Program-made: the position numbers and the translations under genes
Notes under the pieces: generated by a model
The model's database searches: none
What the model was told of the DNA's origin: nothing
Seen by the model: only the letters and a program-made list of their open reading frames with translations
Part shown: piece after piece, positions 50,209 through 62,715 of the stretch
Numbering within the stretch: position 1 is the first letter of the stretch
Layout of the letters: each line of letters opens with the position of its first letter
Source: Octopus sinensis
Taxonomy: Eukaryota
Assembly: GCF_006345805.1 (NCBI RefSeq)
Contig: NC_043014.1
Span: 35,526,001 to 35,590,000 of the forward strand
Direction: 5' to 3'
DNA: 64,000 nucleotides

Positions 50209-50697
50209 GATGACATGCATAAGATCTGGTCATCAAATCTAAGTAGAGACTTCAAACTTGAAATATTCAAAGCCACAGTCGAGCCAATTCTACTATACGG
50301 CTCAGAAACCTGGACGTTATCAAAGAAGCTTGAGAGGCGGTTGGATGGAACCAACACTTGCCTCCTTATGAGAGCTCAAAATCTCTCGTGGAAGCGCCAT
50401 CCAACCAAAATGCAAATATATGGGAAACTACCACCTGTGTCATCTCTTGTGAAAGGTAGGAGAGTCCAGTTTGCTGGACATTGTTGCAGAGCTGAAAAAG
50501 AAGTAATTTCTACTCTTCTCCTCTGGAAGCCATCTACTCGCAATACCAGAGGGCGCACACTCTCCTACCCTGATGTAATCTCCAGGGATACAGGCATCCA
50601 GCAACAGGACCTCCGTAATGCTATGATGGACCGTGAAGTCTGGCGTAGCATGGTAAATTCCATTGTCTCGACCACGGTCGAACAATGATGATGAGAG
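50209..50697 (+). mobile_element. 5'-truncated RTE-type LINE, uninterrupted C-terminal 157 codons with (TGA)n tail
   Basis: IWSSNLSRDFKLEIFKATVEPILLYGSETWTL...RRVQFAGHC.R...AMMDREVWRS...* followed by tgatgatga. Confidence 0.9.
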
Positions 50698-51135
50698 ACG
50701 ATCAGTAAAATAGACAGTCGCTTGATTTTAAATTCGGAATTTTGATGGATGAAGCTAAATACTGAAATTCCAGTTTTTTTTTTTTTCTTACCACCATCTG
50801 TTGCAAGACAAAACCACATTTTCGTTCTCGAAAGCCAGCGGTACTCAACATTTTTGACACCATGGTGTATAGAAAATTAAACAAAAATTACTGACGCCCA
50901 TCGCATTGAAAGTCAGAAATTACTGTAGCTCTTTGCTTAAACACTTTTTATTTTTGTAAATAACGTTTTAAAGCTTAGAAAAATATATAACAAACTATCG
51001 ATTGCTTACTTTCTAAGAATCATATGGATCTTTCAAAAATTTAAACGATATTATTCTAAACCTGCGAATCAGCAAGATACTCCTTCCTTTGCACCGTTTG
51101 TGCCATTTCACATTCGCTTTAGGTATTGAGCTGCA

Positions 51136-51528
51136 GGCGGCGAGCTGGCAGAAACGTTAGCACACAGGGCGAGCGGTATTTCGTCTACCGCTACGTTCTG
51201 AGTTCAAATTCCGCCGAAGTCGACTTTGCCTTTCATCCTTTCGGGGTCGATAAATTAAGTACCAGTTACGGACTGGGGTCGATGTAATCGACTTAATCAG
51301 TTTGTCTGTCCTTGTTTGTCCCCTCTGTGTTTAGCCCCTTGTGGGTAGTAAAGAAACAGGTATTTCGTCTGCCGTTACGTCGTGAGTTCAAATTCCGCCG
51401 AGGTTGACTTTGCCTTTCATCCTTTCGGGCTCGATAAAATAAGTACCAGTTACGCACTGGGATCGATATAATCGACTTAATCCGTTTGTCCCCTCTGTGT
51501 TTAGCCCCTTGTGGGTAGTAAAGAAATA
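51136..51528 (+). mobile_element. SINE family B followed by a head-less tandem copy
   Basis: Full copy 51136-51358; second copy restarts at ggtatttcgtctg (51359). Confidence 0.92.
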
Positions 51529-51820
51529 GGTGTCTCAGCTGGGTGTGATATGAGACTCAGGACTCGAATGGCAAAGCCAAATATTTGCAATTCCACAGTT
51601 TGCTTGTTTGCTATTTTTTTTTTGCCACCACGTGTCACAAAATTTACCTACACCTTCTTTCCCCTAGACCAGTAGTTTTTAAAAACTTTTTGACATCATA
51701 GTCTACTCAAGAGAAAACGAACGAAATCACCGATGCATTTTATATGGAAAGTTTATCTTTACTGATGTTCTTTGCATGGATTTTTTTAAAGAATGTTCTA
51801 AAGTTTAAAAATTTATAGAT

Positions 51821-52330
51821 AAATCCTTAAATCCTTAAAAATGTTTTAGCCCGAAGGCCGCGGCCATGCTGGGGCACCACCGCTGAATGAGCTACACTAA
51901 TATCTGAATCCACCTCTGATACGTGGCACTTGGTCAACAAGGGAGCTCGATGCCACTGCCCGCATCTGTGTCTCCTGTCGTGAGGTAGGTTCATCTGGGA
52001 CCCCCGACAAGAAGAAATCCAGTTTAGTTTTAAAGAAACCCACATCCACACCATGCAAGTCTCTCAGGCATTTAGGGAGGATATTAAAGAGCTGTGGTCC
52101 TCTGAAACCCAAACTGTTGCAGTATCTGGTCCTGTATTTTGATGGTGATGTTGGAATTTTTGGCACCATGCAGTGGCGCCCCGTTCTGCGGTTGGGGTAA
52201 CTTCGAATGCCAAAGTTTGGGACAAGACCCTCCAGGATTTTCCAGATGTATTTCACGGATAGAAAACTATTACTTACTTTGTCAAAAACTACTAAACCCT
52301 GTTGCTTACTTTGAATAGAAGACAATATTC
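51821..52330 (-). pseudogene. CR1-type LINE 3' end with (AAGGATTT)n-type tail
   Basis: YIWKILEGLVPNFGI...NSLGFRGPQLFNILP...FFKTKLDFFLSGVPDEP...*; short 3'UTR, then ttttaaggatttaaggattt. Confidence 0.85.
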
Positions 52331-53149
52331 AATAACACGTTCTCCAATGAGCTGAAGTATTACATGGATTTTCTAAAAGCTTAAATAACATTCTTTAAAA
52401 AAAAAGGCCCGCTTTTCACCTAGATATCTCTTGCTTCTCGCCGTTGACAACCACTTCTTCACTACTGTAAGTATTGACTTGCTGATGTCTCAGTTGGGTC
52501 TTAGATGCATCAATGTGGTCTATCTAGAGGTGTGGCCTGAAAAGGTCCTGAGTTCTTTTCTTTTTCATTCCAGACTAACTTATTGACAGAAATTCAGTTT
52601 AGTGTTCGATTGTGTTTGTTCATATATCATGGTTTAATCAATATATTACAGATTCTTATGTTATCGGTAATAGAGGAAAATCAAAAGTGAATACGGTAGG
52701 GTTTGAAGCCACAAAAATAGAAAAAGGCCGATGTAAAATGTCAGGAAGCATTTAGTCCAGAGTTCTAATGTGTCTATCAACACATCACCGCTTTAAACCA
52801 GTATTTTATTGGTTTTTGATCAACACCAGATATATGGGACACAAAGGTAAGTCATGATGTATTTGAACTCAAAGAAACGAAAAATTTTTCAAATCCAATT
52901 CTTCACCGCTTCTGCCAATTAATCAAATTACAGCTTATTTAATTGAATAATTAATTCATTAATTAATTCAATTAACTATATCAATTAGTTTTGAAAGAAA
53001 CAGATAGAAATCGCAGCCGGCTGAATCTAAATTTTGTCTGAATTTACGTCAGAAAGTCGAGACTTTAAATTCTACCACCGACCTGGCGCCGTGTGAATGA
53101 CCAGGAGTGCATTTTGCTTCATAGGCATCACATTCCACCTAGCTGTAAG

Positions 53150-55085
53150 GAGGATACCACTGCAGCAGTATAGTTAGTGCAGCCATATAATCATCATAAT
53201 TCCCACCATCACTCCAACTGCCAGCAGCTGTTCCAATCGTTGATATATTGCTTGTCATTGATAGAAGCGAGATTCCTCTATAACTTCCATATGTTTTGTA
53301 TTTTTTCTCGAAAATTGTAACAATCCTTTCTGCTATAGGCACGAGGCCTGAAATTTGGGGAGAGGGGTTAAGTTGACTACATCGTCCCCAGTGCTTGACT
53401 GGGTCTTATTTTCTCGAACCCGAAAAGATGAAAGACAAAATCGACTTCGGCGGAACATAAAGACGGACGAAATCCCACTAAGCATTTTGCCCGGCGTGCT
53501 TATAAATTTATCAGCTCGATCTGTACATTCTGGCAGCATCGAGCCCTATTCTCGTGTTTTATCAACAGTAATATGCAGGCTGTCACTAATGTTAAACATC
53601 CTCTATATTTCAGATTTCAGCAAGAATTCTTTCCCCATCAGGTATCTGCAATACATTTGAAAGGCGATTACCTTAGCAATTCTTTCATTGTGGGTATCTC
53701 GTCTAGTTTTGAACTCACGAAGCGTGGTTGGAGGTTGGTAAGCACGACATGTTATGTATTTATCACCAGATGCATTGAGTAGTTTTTGAAAGAGTTCATT
53801 CCATGCGTACAATACTCTTTTATTGACTAACAATACTTTATTTTCATTAATTGATTTTCCGGTGACGGAGCTCTTTCTTCTGCGGATTTCAAAAACCTTT
53901 AAGTTCTTTATAAACAGCCTTCGCGTAATTTGACTGTGGCGCATTACAGATACCTTGCCCTGTTCCGATCACATCAACTTCGAACCTTTCTGTGATTTTG
54001 TAGCTATCTGCAAGTATCTGTGTAAGCTATCCTAATCGATTTACTTTTAGCTTCACTGTTTGGAACATATGTATATCTGATTTCTTTACTGCAGTAGAAT
54101 TTTCGGGTCAGAGTGATTAGTGGTAAATCCAAATTCACTTTTCCGGTCACGCTTGCCAAGCAGTTTTAGCCTTGTCGCACACAACTTGTCGAGTGCATGA
54201 CCATTGCTTGTCGATCACCAACTTCTCTTGTACATCTTATTGCGTAAATATTTCTTTAATCTCTTTTACATTGTATTCTAACAAGCGATATGACTTTTTT
54301 CTTTCTGTCTAAGCTTGACAAACTTGTCAGGCTAGTTGTCTGTTGTACGTTTGGAGTTTGTTGAAACTGATCTTCATCTCAATAGCAGACGATCGCTTCA
54401 GCAGTTTGCAGCAATATAACCCTGTGCTGTAGATGTCTAGTTTGCTCTGCTGTCGTGCAAATTACAAAAACAACAATATACCGATGTTTCTAACGAAAGT
54501 GTATCCACAATATCCTGAGTTCGGTTTTATGCTTGATATTAATAATTCGTCCTTTAAATTCATTACATAGAGCTACTTGGCAGATATTCTCTACCGGAGT
54601 TGCTGCCTCCGAAACCATGTTGTCACATAATTACAGATCAATTTCTACAGCCTATTCTTTTCCTGTTAATAAAGTTTCCTTTTATTAGTTGTTTATCCCG
54701 TAGAGGGATATTATATAATATACGTTGCTTACGTTGGAGTTTATCATATTTGGTACATAGCATTGGAGTTCCTTCTCCATACTAGTTCCATCGTCCATTC
54801 TCTACCAATTACTGACGCAAACGTTTTAGTAATCTGTTTTAGCCCTGTGTTCTTCGTTATGAGGAATTTAAATCCTTATTCTTTGCATTCAATTTCATAA
54901 AAGTTGAGATAGCCTGAGAGATAAAATTATGTTTCCTGTAGGATAGTTATGTGAATGCGACATCTCTCTAGATTCATTGCTAGTTGTGCAGGATGACGTA
55001 TTTTAAGTTATTTTATCCCAATACGGTCGCGTAGTTTCTTAACATTCCATTGAGCTTTAGTCAATGGTCTTCTGATTCCCAACTC
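53150..55085 (-). pseudogene. Heavily decayed RTE LINE (APE endonuclease to RT N-terminus), interrupted by a SINE
   Basis: Minus fragments: AQWNVKKLRD..LAMNLERCRIHITILQET (APE start), C*SDRLLLR, AWNELFQKLLN..QPPT, IVTIFEKK..GSYRGISLLS. Confidence 0.6.
53338..53520 (-). mobile_element. SINE family B-related variant inside the RTE remnant
   Basis: aggcctgaaatttgggg...aaagatgaaagacaaaatcgacttcggcgg...gcccggcgtgc. Confidence 0.7.
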
Positions 55086-55246
55086 ATTTCTCCCTGTTGA
55101 AAATAGCTCTAATTAGCCCTAATAGCCCTAATATGCTAAGTGACCCGAATGCTAACTGAGCAGGTATGAAGGTATGAATGTGTGTGCGTACGTGTTTTCT
55201 TATTTGCGTCCAAGTATGTATGTATGTATGTATGTATGTATGTATG

Positions 55247-55285
<39 letters not shown>

Positions 55286-55834
55286 GCGCTCATTACATAT
55301 AGCAGAATTGTTTTGTTTGATGATGAATTTTATCACTGCTAATATTTTGAGTTTCTCATTTCATTTTGTTTCTGTGATTGCAGAGCAGATTCTGTGATTG
55401 CAGAGCAGATTTGAGTTCAAATGTTCATATGGTTCTGTCTAAACTAGGTATTACGGGTGTTCAGAAGTGTACTGCACACCAGTAAAGATTATTTCACGTT
55501 AAGATAAATAGTCGAGTAGAAATTACGTCGGATTACTTGCCGAAAAAGAGTGAGTGAGAATGAGAGAGAGAGAGAAAGAGAAAGCGAGAGAGAGAGGAAG
55601 AGAGAGAGAGAGAGAGCGAGGCTGACAGACAGATATGCAGATGCACAGATGTACAGATGTACAGATATGCAGATGTACAGATAGTGAACGCCCACTATAG
55701 GGAATTATGGAGGTTGTTCATATACTGTGATGAGGAGTTCCTTGTATTCGTATAAGATACAGGGATATTTGTGTCTGGAGAAGGTGCTTCGAATAAGGTC
55801 TAGAGTCTCTCTATGCTTGTGGAGGTCCTGTCTT

Positions 55835-55990
55835 ACTGGTTAGGGTGTTGGACTCATGATCGTAAGATTGTAGTTTCGATTCCTGGACTTGGCAACACGT
55901 TGTGTTCTTGAGCAAAACACTTCATTTCACGTTGCTCCAGTCCACTCAGCTGGCAAAAGTGAGTAATGCTACGACGGACCGATGGGTGAA
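55835..55990 (+). mobile_element. SINE family C
   Basis: tggttagggtgttggactcatgatcg...gtttcgattcctgg...gttcttgagcaaaacacttcatttcacgttgctcc. Confidence 0.65.
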
Positions 55991-57038
55991 GAATTTATAT
56001 GTCATTGAAATTGAGGAATCGGCCCTTATGAGTCGGTATGACTCAGGAAAGAAAACTTTACTTTTACTTTCTCTCTGTGCTTAATTTGATGTTGAAGAGT
56101 GTTTTTCCTTTACATTAATTTATTCAAAAGAGAGTCTCCACATTTCGTTTGCTTTATTCATATCTTTAGCTCTTCAACAACGTTTCCGTAGTCTCCCCTA
56201 GGAGCAACTTTCAATTGTTTTGTAGGAGATATGCCTAAATGTAACAAATAATTTTCTCTATTTCCTCGAATAATAATTTCAGTAATTGCTTTCCTTTCTT
56301 CCATTTTTCAGCCACCATGTTAAAGAGCAACAGCAAATGTGCCTGTGTTTTTTATCGTTGTCGTTTTTTTACATTATTAATTTCGGTTTTATTGTGGACA
56401 ATACTATCCTCATCAGTGTTGCTGTCGTAGCTACTGCTACTGCTGCTGCTGCTGCTGCTGCTAATGATGTTACTGTTGTTGTTTTCACAAGAGCCTACAT
56501 GAATGCCTGTATGCTTTCAATTTCTTTTAACATTTTTTTTGTATTGACATTCTTCTTGTTACGGTTATTGCTGGAATTATTAATGTTACCAATGTTATTT
56601 TGGCAAATGTTCACAGTACACAATTGTTTTTTTTTGTTTTTTGTTTTTTGTTTTTTGTTTTGCTTTGTTTCGTTCTGTATTTTCTTCCTCTCTCTCGTGG
56701 AAGAGAAATTTGTCTGGTACTATTTTGAGAAACAACCCGTCCCCACCACCACCACTGTTGCCGAGGGAAAAGAATTTCTACCCTGAAGGAACAATAAATA
56801 AAAAATACATAAATAGCTACCCCTAAATAGGTAAGCTATTTCCCTGTTAAGCTCAGCTTCTTTTTCCCTTCATTCATATCACTATAATGAAATAAAAATC
56901 AACAAATCTAACCTTCGTCAGAGAAAGCAAGTATTAAAACAAGTTAAAACAGAATTTATATGGCAACATATCACCTAACAAAAACAGCAGACAAGAACAA
57001 GAACAACTACTAACACTACCTCAAAAACCAACAACAAC

Positions 57039-57075
<37 letters not shown>

Positions 57076-57328
57076 TTAATAATAATAATAATAGTAATAA
57101 TAATAATAATAATAGTGGTTTCTGATTTAAGCAGAAAGCCAACACTTTATAATGGTTGGCCTGGTTGTCGGTGCCACCGAGTCCGGTGTTTTGGTTGACT
57201 CTTTAGTTTATGGACTCTCGAAGGGATTTGAACTCAGAATTTAAACGTTTGAAGCTAAATACCGTAAGACATTTTGTCCGACATTCATACGATGCTTCCT
57301 AACCGAAATAATAATAATGATGATGATG

Positions 57329-57386
<58 letters not shown>

Positions 57387-57408
57387 TGATGATGATGATG
57401 ATGATGAT

Positions 57409-57969
57409 AAGAAATGCCCTGATGCAGTAACTGGCAGTGGTTCTCGTGGCTTCTGATCTTAACTGATTGGAAATGTTATTATGTACATTGTTTTGTCTTG
57501 GTATAAAAGATGGGCTACAGCAAATATTCTGCTCAATACCACAGATTTGCTTGTCAGTTGCTTGACCTTAACTAGTTGAGCATGTCACTTAGTGGCTGAC
57601 GATATGTGCATCTCTGATCACGAGCAGAAGTAGTGGGGGAGCATCATAGCCGTGTGCTGAGAGGGATTCTTTGGGGTCTGAATAATTCACCTCTGGAAAC
57701 ATGGGTGTTTCGTTCAATATCCTTAAACAACCCTTATTCGGGGACTTTTTGAACGGAATGGGTTACTCAACCAGAAGAAAATTCTATCTGGGCCCCCCTA
57801 CAATGTCATGTGCTGTTTATCTTGATATGAGATCATCATGTCGCACACATATGGTTGTGAGGCATGTGCTTAGTGTACCCTTATCAGACGGGTAGTCATG
57901 ATGAGTATACTGGGCTTTGTAAATTTCTACCCCAGTGTCACTTTCATGGCATGCACTGCTCTCTCACTC
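57409..57969 (+). mobile_element. 560-bp non-coding repeat embedded in (AAT/GAT)n arrays, probable LINE 3'UTR
   Basis: Unique sequence between (aat)n(gat)n at 57305-57408 and (aat)n from 57970; ends ctctcactc-aataataat. Confidence 0.5.
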
Positions 57970-58028
<59 letters not shown>

Positions 58029-58051
58029 TGATGATGATGATGATGATGATG

Positions 58052-58268
<217 letters not shown>

Positions 58269-58695
58269 TCTTTCTGCTATAGGCATAACGCCTGAAATTT
58301 GGGGGAAGAGGTCTAGTCGATTACTTTTGGCTCATCTGAAGACGTGCAGGTGCACAGCATTTATTGAATCATATTAATTCAATAAGTATAATGTGTGAAA
58401 CTCAGCAATTACCAGCTGATGTTAATACTCAGAAACAATTGCAGTGGTTTGGATTAACACTTGTTAATTTCTTCTTCTTGTATAATGATATTTTTTGTAA
58501 AAGAATATATATGTCTATAAAAGAACATGCATATAAATATATTATTAGATATTAGATAATAAAACGTATGATTTACACCTGGCAGTGATTAATAGAAACC
58601 CTCGTACCTTCCAGCTTACGTCTTTCACTAACCAGATACATATGAATACATGTTTGTGCGTGCGTGTGCGTGTGCGTGTGTGTGTGTGTCGTGTG

Positions 58696-58733
<38 letters not shown>

Positions 58734-59180
58734 GTGTGTCTATGTGTGTGTGTGTGTGTGTGCGTGTGCAAATAATTAGCTAATTAGTTTACCAGTGAAT
58801 TACCACACGAAACAGTTCTACAGTGATTAATTATAAATCATGCTGTCTGTAAACATGATTGACAAATCTACCCACTTATGTGTTGCGAGTAAAGACAAAA
58901 GACTTAAACAGATCCCATTACCATCACTCTGATATTTTTGCAAAGAAAAAGTGGTTGCTGTATACTCTAGTTTCTTATTGGTCTTATTTATAAGGTGTCT
59001 TATTATTGTATTACCAGCATGACTAAATTTGCTGACATTTGTATATTTAAAGACCCCTGACATTTTCAAATTGACAGAAAACTATTCCTCAGTTTTCTCC
59101 ATGTGTAGATTCTGCAGAGTAGAGAACGTTGGATTCTTTAGCTGGCATTTTTCCTAGTGAGTTACTCTCTTAGGTATGTA

Positions 59181-59710
59181 TACGTGGCATAGTCAAAAAG
59201 TATCCAACCTTTGACTAAAAAACAAGTAATATTAAAAGACTCACCAATTTGATTTAGTTTCCTTCAAAGCATTTGCCTTGGGAGTCTACACACTTCTGCT
59301 AGTGTTCCTGCCACTAATGGAAACACTTCTGGAAATCATTTTTTGGGATGCTGTGGAACTGTGCTGTCGACTTTTGCATAATGGCGTCTGTTGACTCAAA
59401 TCTTCTCTCTTTGAGTGTTTTTTTGTTATTTTTAGCTTTCAGAATGACCAAGAGTCACGAGGAGTCAAGTCTGGGGAATATGAAGCCTGACGAACAAGTG
59501 GTGTGTTTTGCTTCTTGAGGAATGCTTGGACGACGTAGATGAAATGAATTGACTTAACTGACCCTTGGCTGATTTCAACTTCAGCAACCATATCCCCAAC
59601 AGTTACAAGATAGTCCTCTTGTATTCCTCGAACCTTTGCATTCGTTTCATCTTTTCTGTTAGTCGATGGTCTGTCACAACATGGCTCACTGTCCACTGAG
59701 GCGCAGCCAT
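59181..59710 (-). pseudogene. mariner deletion derivative
   Basis: Minus: SVDSEPCCDRPST...ISQGSVKSI then QAFL...QASYSPDLTPRDSWSF; TIR-like tacgtggcatagtcaaaaagtatcc at 59181. Confidence 0.7.
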
Positions 59711-59729
59711 CTTTATTTGTGAGAAATAA

Positions 59730-59822
59730 AGTGCGTTGCGCAACGCACAACGCATCACCGAGAATTGAACTCACAACCTTACAATCGTGAGCCGAAAACC
59801 CTAACCACTAAGCCACGCGCTT
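59730..59822 (-). mobile_element. SINE family C tRNA-like head
   Basis: Reverse complement gcgcgtggcttagtggttaggg...gtgagttcaattctcgg (A and B boxes). Confidence 0.65.
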
Positions 59823-60389
59823 TCGTGGCTTCAGACGCAAAATAGTGCACCGATTTGACTAGAAATTCGTGACAGTCGACTTCAATAGGAAATGAGGTCA
59901 TATGCCATCCTTTGACATGTACTTCGTCGATCAAGCCCTGATATTTGGTTTTCTTTAACTATTGAGAAATATTTGAATAACTAGATTGCTATAGGTTTCA
60001 GTAGTTCTAGCTACTGAACTACTTCCTCAGTGAATTACTGTATAAGAAGATGAGTATTCCTGAGACAGGCCTACCCGTAACATAATATTCAAGCAAAATC
60101 AGTGTGATACAATATATGACAAGACTGGACCTTTCCTTTATAGTCACAATCCATCGGATGAGCATCCGAACAGTTTCTTTCTACTACCTTCTTTTGACGC
60201 AAGGCATTCGTACACGACATCCTGCAGTGGAATCGAACTCGAGTTTCGTGATTGCGAACTGAACTTGCTAACCATTAGGTCATGTCTCGTTCTCTCTCTA
60301 TACATATACATACGTACATACATACATACATACACACATACATACATACATACATATACATACATACATATATATATATATAATATATA

Positions 60390-60777
60390 TATATATATAT
60401 AAAGCTGAAGTTGTCTGTGTATGGCAGGTTTGGTAGCCTTCAACTAACACTGTCTTCTCCGAGACCCTGCGGCGCAAGTTGACCAAAATTGAGAGTATGA
60501 TAGAAAAAGGCTTGCTCTTCCTTCCGTAGAAGAAAAAATTCAAATCGGACCATGTTAACACCAAAAATTGTTTACATCAATAAGGTGCTTTTTTTCGATG
60601 AAAATCCTTATTTTTTACGATCTTTTGACTGCTGTGTCGCCATTTTTCGGTGTATTTCAACCAGAAAAATGTTCACTTAAAGAGAATAACAAGCTACATA
60701 ATGCAAAATTTTAGTTTTCAAAAATTCTAATTCTAAAGGGTCGAAACAAAACCGAGCAACGCCGGGCAATACTGCTA

Positions 60778-60779
<2 letters not shown>
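60390..60779 (+). mobile_element. Non-autonomous Helitron-type element
   Basis: Starts in (TA)n-aaagctgaag; ends ccgagcaacgccgg (subterminal hairpin)-gcaatactg-CTAG-t at 60775-79, flanked by (TA)n. Confidence 0.7.
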
Positions 60780-60815
<36 letters not shown>

Positions 60816-62374
60816 TCACACATATGCTCACACAAACAGACTTATGCATACGTACATTTATTCTAACATACACAACCATATATGTGTATGCAGGTATCTC
60901 TGTATATTTGTATTCATTCCTGAAATATACTCACGCACTCGAAAATGCATACACATATTCACACATGTGCGTGGGTGCGTGCTGCTTCATGTGTTTGTAT
61001 ATATGTGTGGTGTGTGCGTATGTATCTGTGTGCGTATACGTATGCATGTATGTGTGCATGTGTGTGTGTGTATGTGTATGAGCGTATCGGTTTGGGTGTC
61101 TGTTTAAGCGATTGAAGAGAATTTGAAATTCATAATATAAAACAGACTCAATTAGGGACGATGAAATAAGTTACAACAGTAAACCAAATCCACAATGAAT
61201 AATTAATTTGTACACAAATTATAACCCGAATTTAGAATTTTTTAATAAGATAAACAAACAATATGCACACACACACATCACACAAACGCACACATATATG
61301 GTAAATAGTTTATTCATAATAACATTCAAGTTGTTATTATGAGAAGAGATGAGATAATTGCTGACCAATTTATTCATTGGTTCGTAAGTCTTTGATGTGT
61401 GTATAAAAAAAAGAGAGAGGTAGATCGAGGAGGAGGAGGAAGAGGAGGAGGGGGAGGAGAGCAGAAGAGAAAGATAGACAGGAAGATACCCACGATGGTA
61501 TAAGTTTAACTCACCTCCACACACTGTATACAATGAAACCTTAGTCATTGTGTTAATGGGTGGTTGGATGACGTTGTTGTGGTTGTTGTTGGTATTGTTA
61601 TCTAACTCCAGCTTAGCCCTGACCATGTAGATAGATCTGCGAGAAACGACATTCTTATTATTTTCTTAAAGAAGGCATGTTGCAGTTTAAAATAAAATTT
61701 GGCTGTTATTTCTAGTAGACTGCTGGTTGTTTGGCCGCCTGAAATTGATTGATTGCTTGGTTATTTGTTTGGTCGAAAATGGCTATGAATTTGTTGTGTT
61801 GTCCTTGATGATCAAGTTTAGCGCCAGGATAGCATTAAGAAGGACTGTAGCCACGGATAATTTTGTCATAAGTTTCATTCTATCATTTCATTTTTCAAAC
61901 GATACTGTGTGATTTCAGGGTGAGTTCGTTGGTGTCTTGAGCAGATCAAGCGACCACATAAGAAACTGTTTCTTTGGCTTGCGTCTTTAATATTAGAAGA
62001 ACAAAGAAGAGAGAGGGAGAGAGAGAGAAGGACATTTAGAGGGATAGAGGTTGACGATGAAAGAGAATTTTCATGGAGGCGTCGTTCGGTGGTAATGAAA
62101 AGGGAGCAGGCTTTTCTAGGCACAAATTTAAGGAACTCAAAGTTTCTTGTGGTTAATCAGGCTTATTAATTAAGATGGGGGCATCAACAGAGCTTTGATC
62201 CGGCGCATCAAAAAACCCTATGATCAATGATAATCCAACCATGACAATCCTGCCTTTTTCAGGCATAGTATTCTCTGGACTTCAATATCAAATGTTCCCT
62301 CTTTTAAGGCAATCTAATGTTGCTTCAGAAATATTTCTGTGACAGCATAAAGGCTTCCTCTAATAGGAGCTACT

Positions 62375-62715
62375 ATTGTGCAGTAGAACAGTACTCAAAT
62401 ATTGTACATGGCACTGTAGGAGAGTAGTGTACTCTAATGCTGTATATTATAGTGTTGAAGAGTGCTCCATTGCAGTATAGTACAATACAGAATAGTATTG
62501 TAATGTAGTATAGATCAGTATAAAACAGTACGTTAAAGCAGTATAGTGCAATACTGAATTGTACTCTGATATAGTATAGGGCTGTGAAGAACAGTACTCT
62601 AATGTGGAACAGTATAGAAGACACACTAATGCAGTATAGTGTACTGTAGAACAGTACTCTAATGGAGTATATAACATAGTATAGGGCAATATAGGACAGT
62701 ACTCTTAATAGAGTA
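62375..62715. repeat. Degenerate ~35-bp minisatellite (AGAACAGTACTC core, GTATA-rich)
   Basis: Core recurs near 62386, 62589, 62648 and 62695, with decayed variants between. Confidence 0.65.

Noticed and set aside
58827-59069. 80-aa minus ORF
   Set aside because: No recognisable domain or splice signals.
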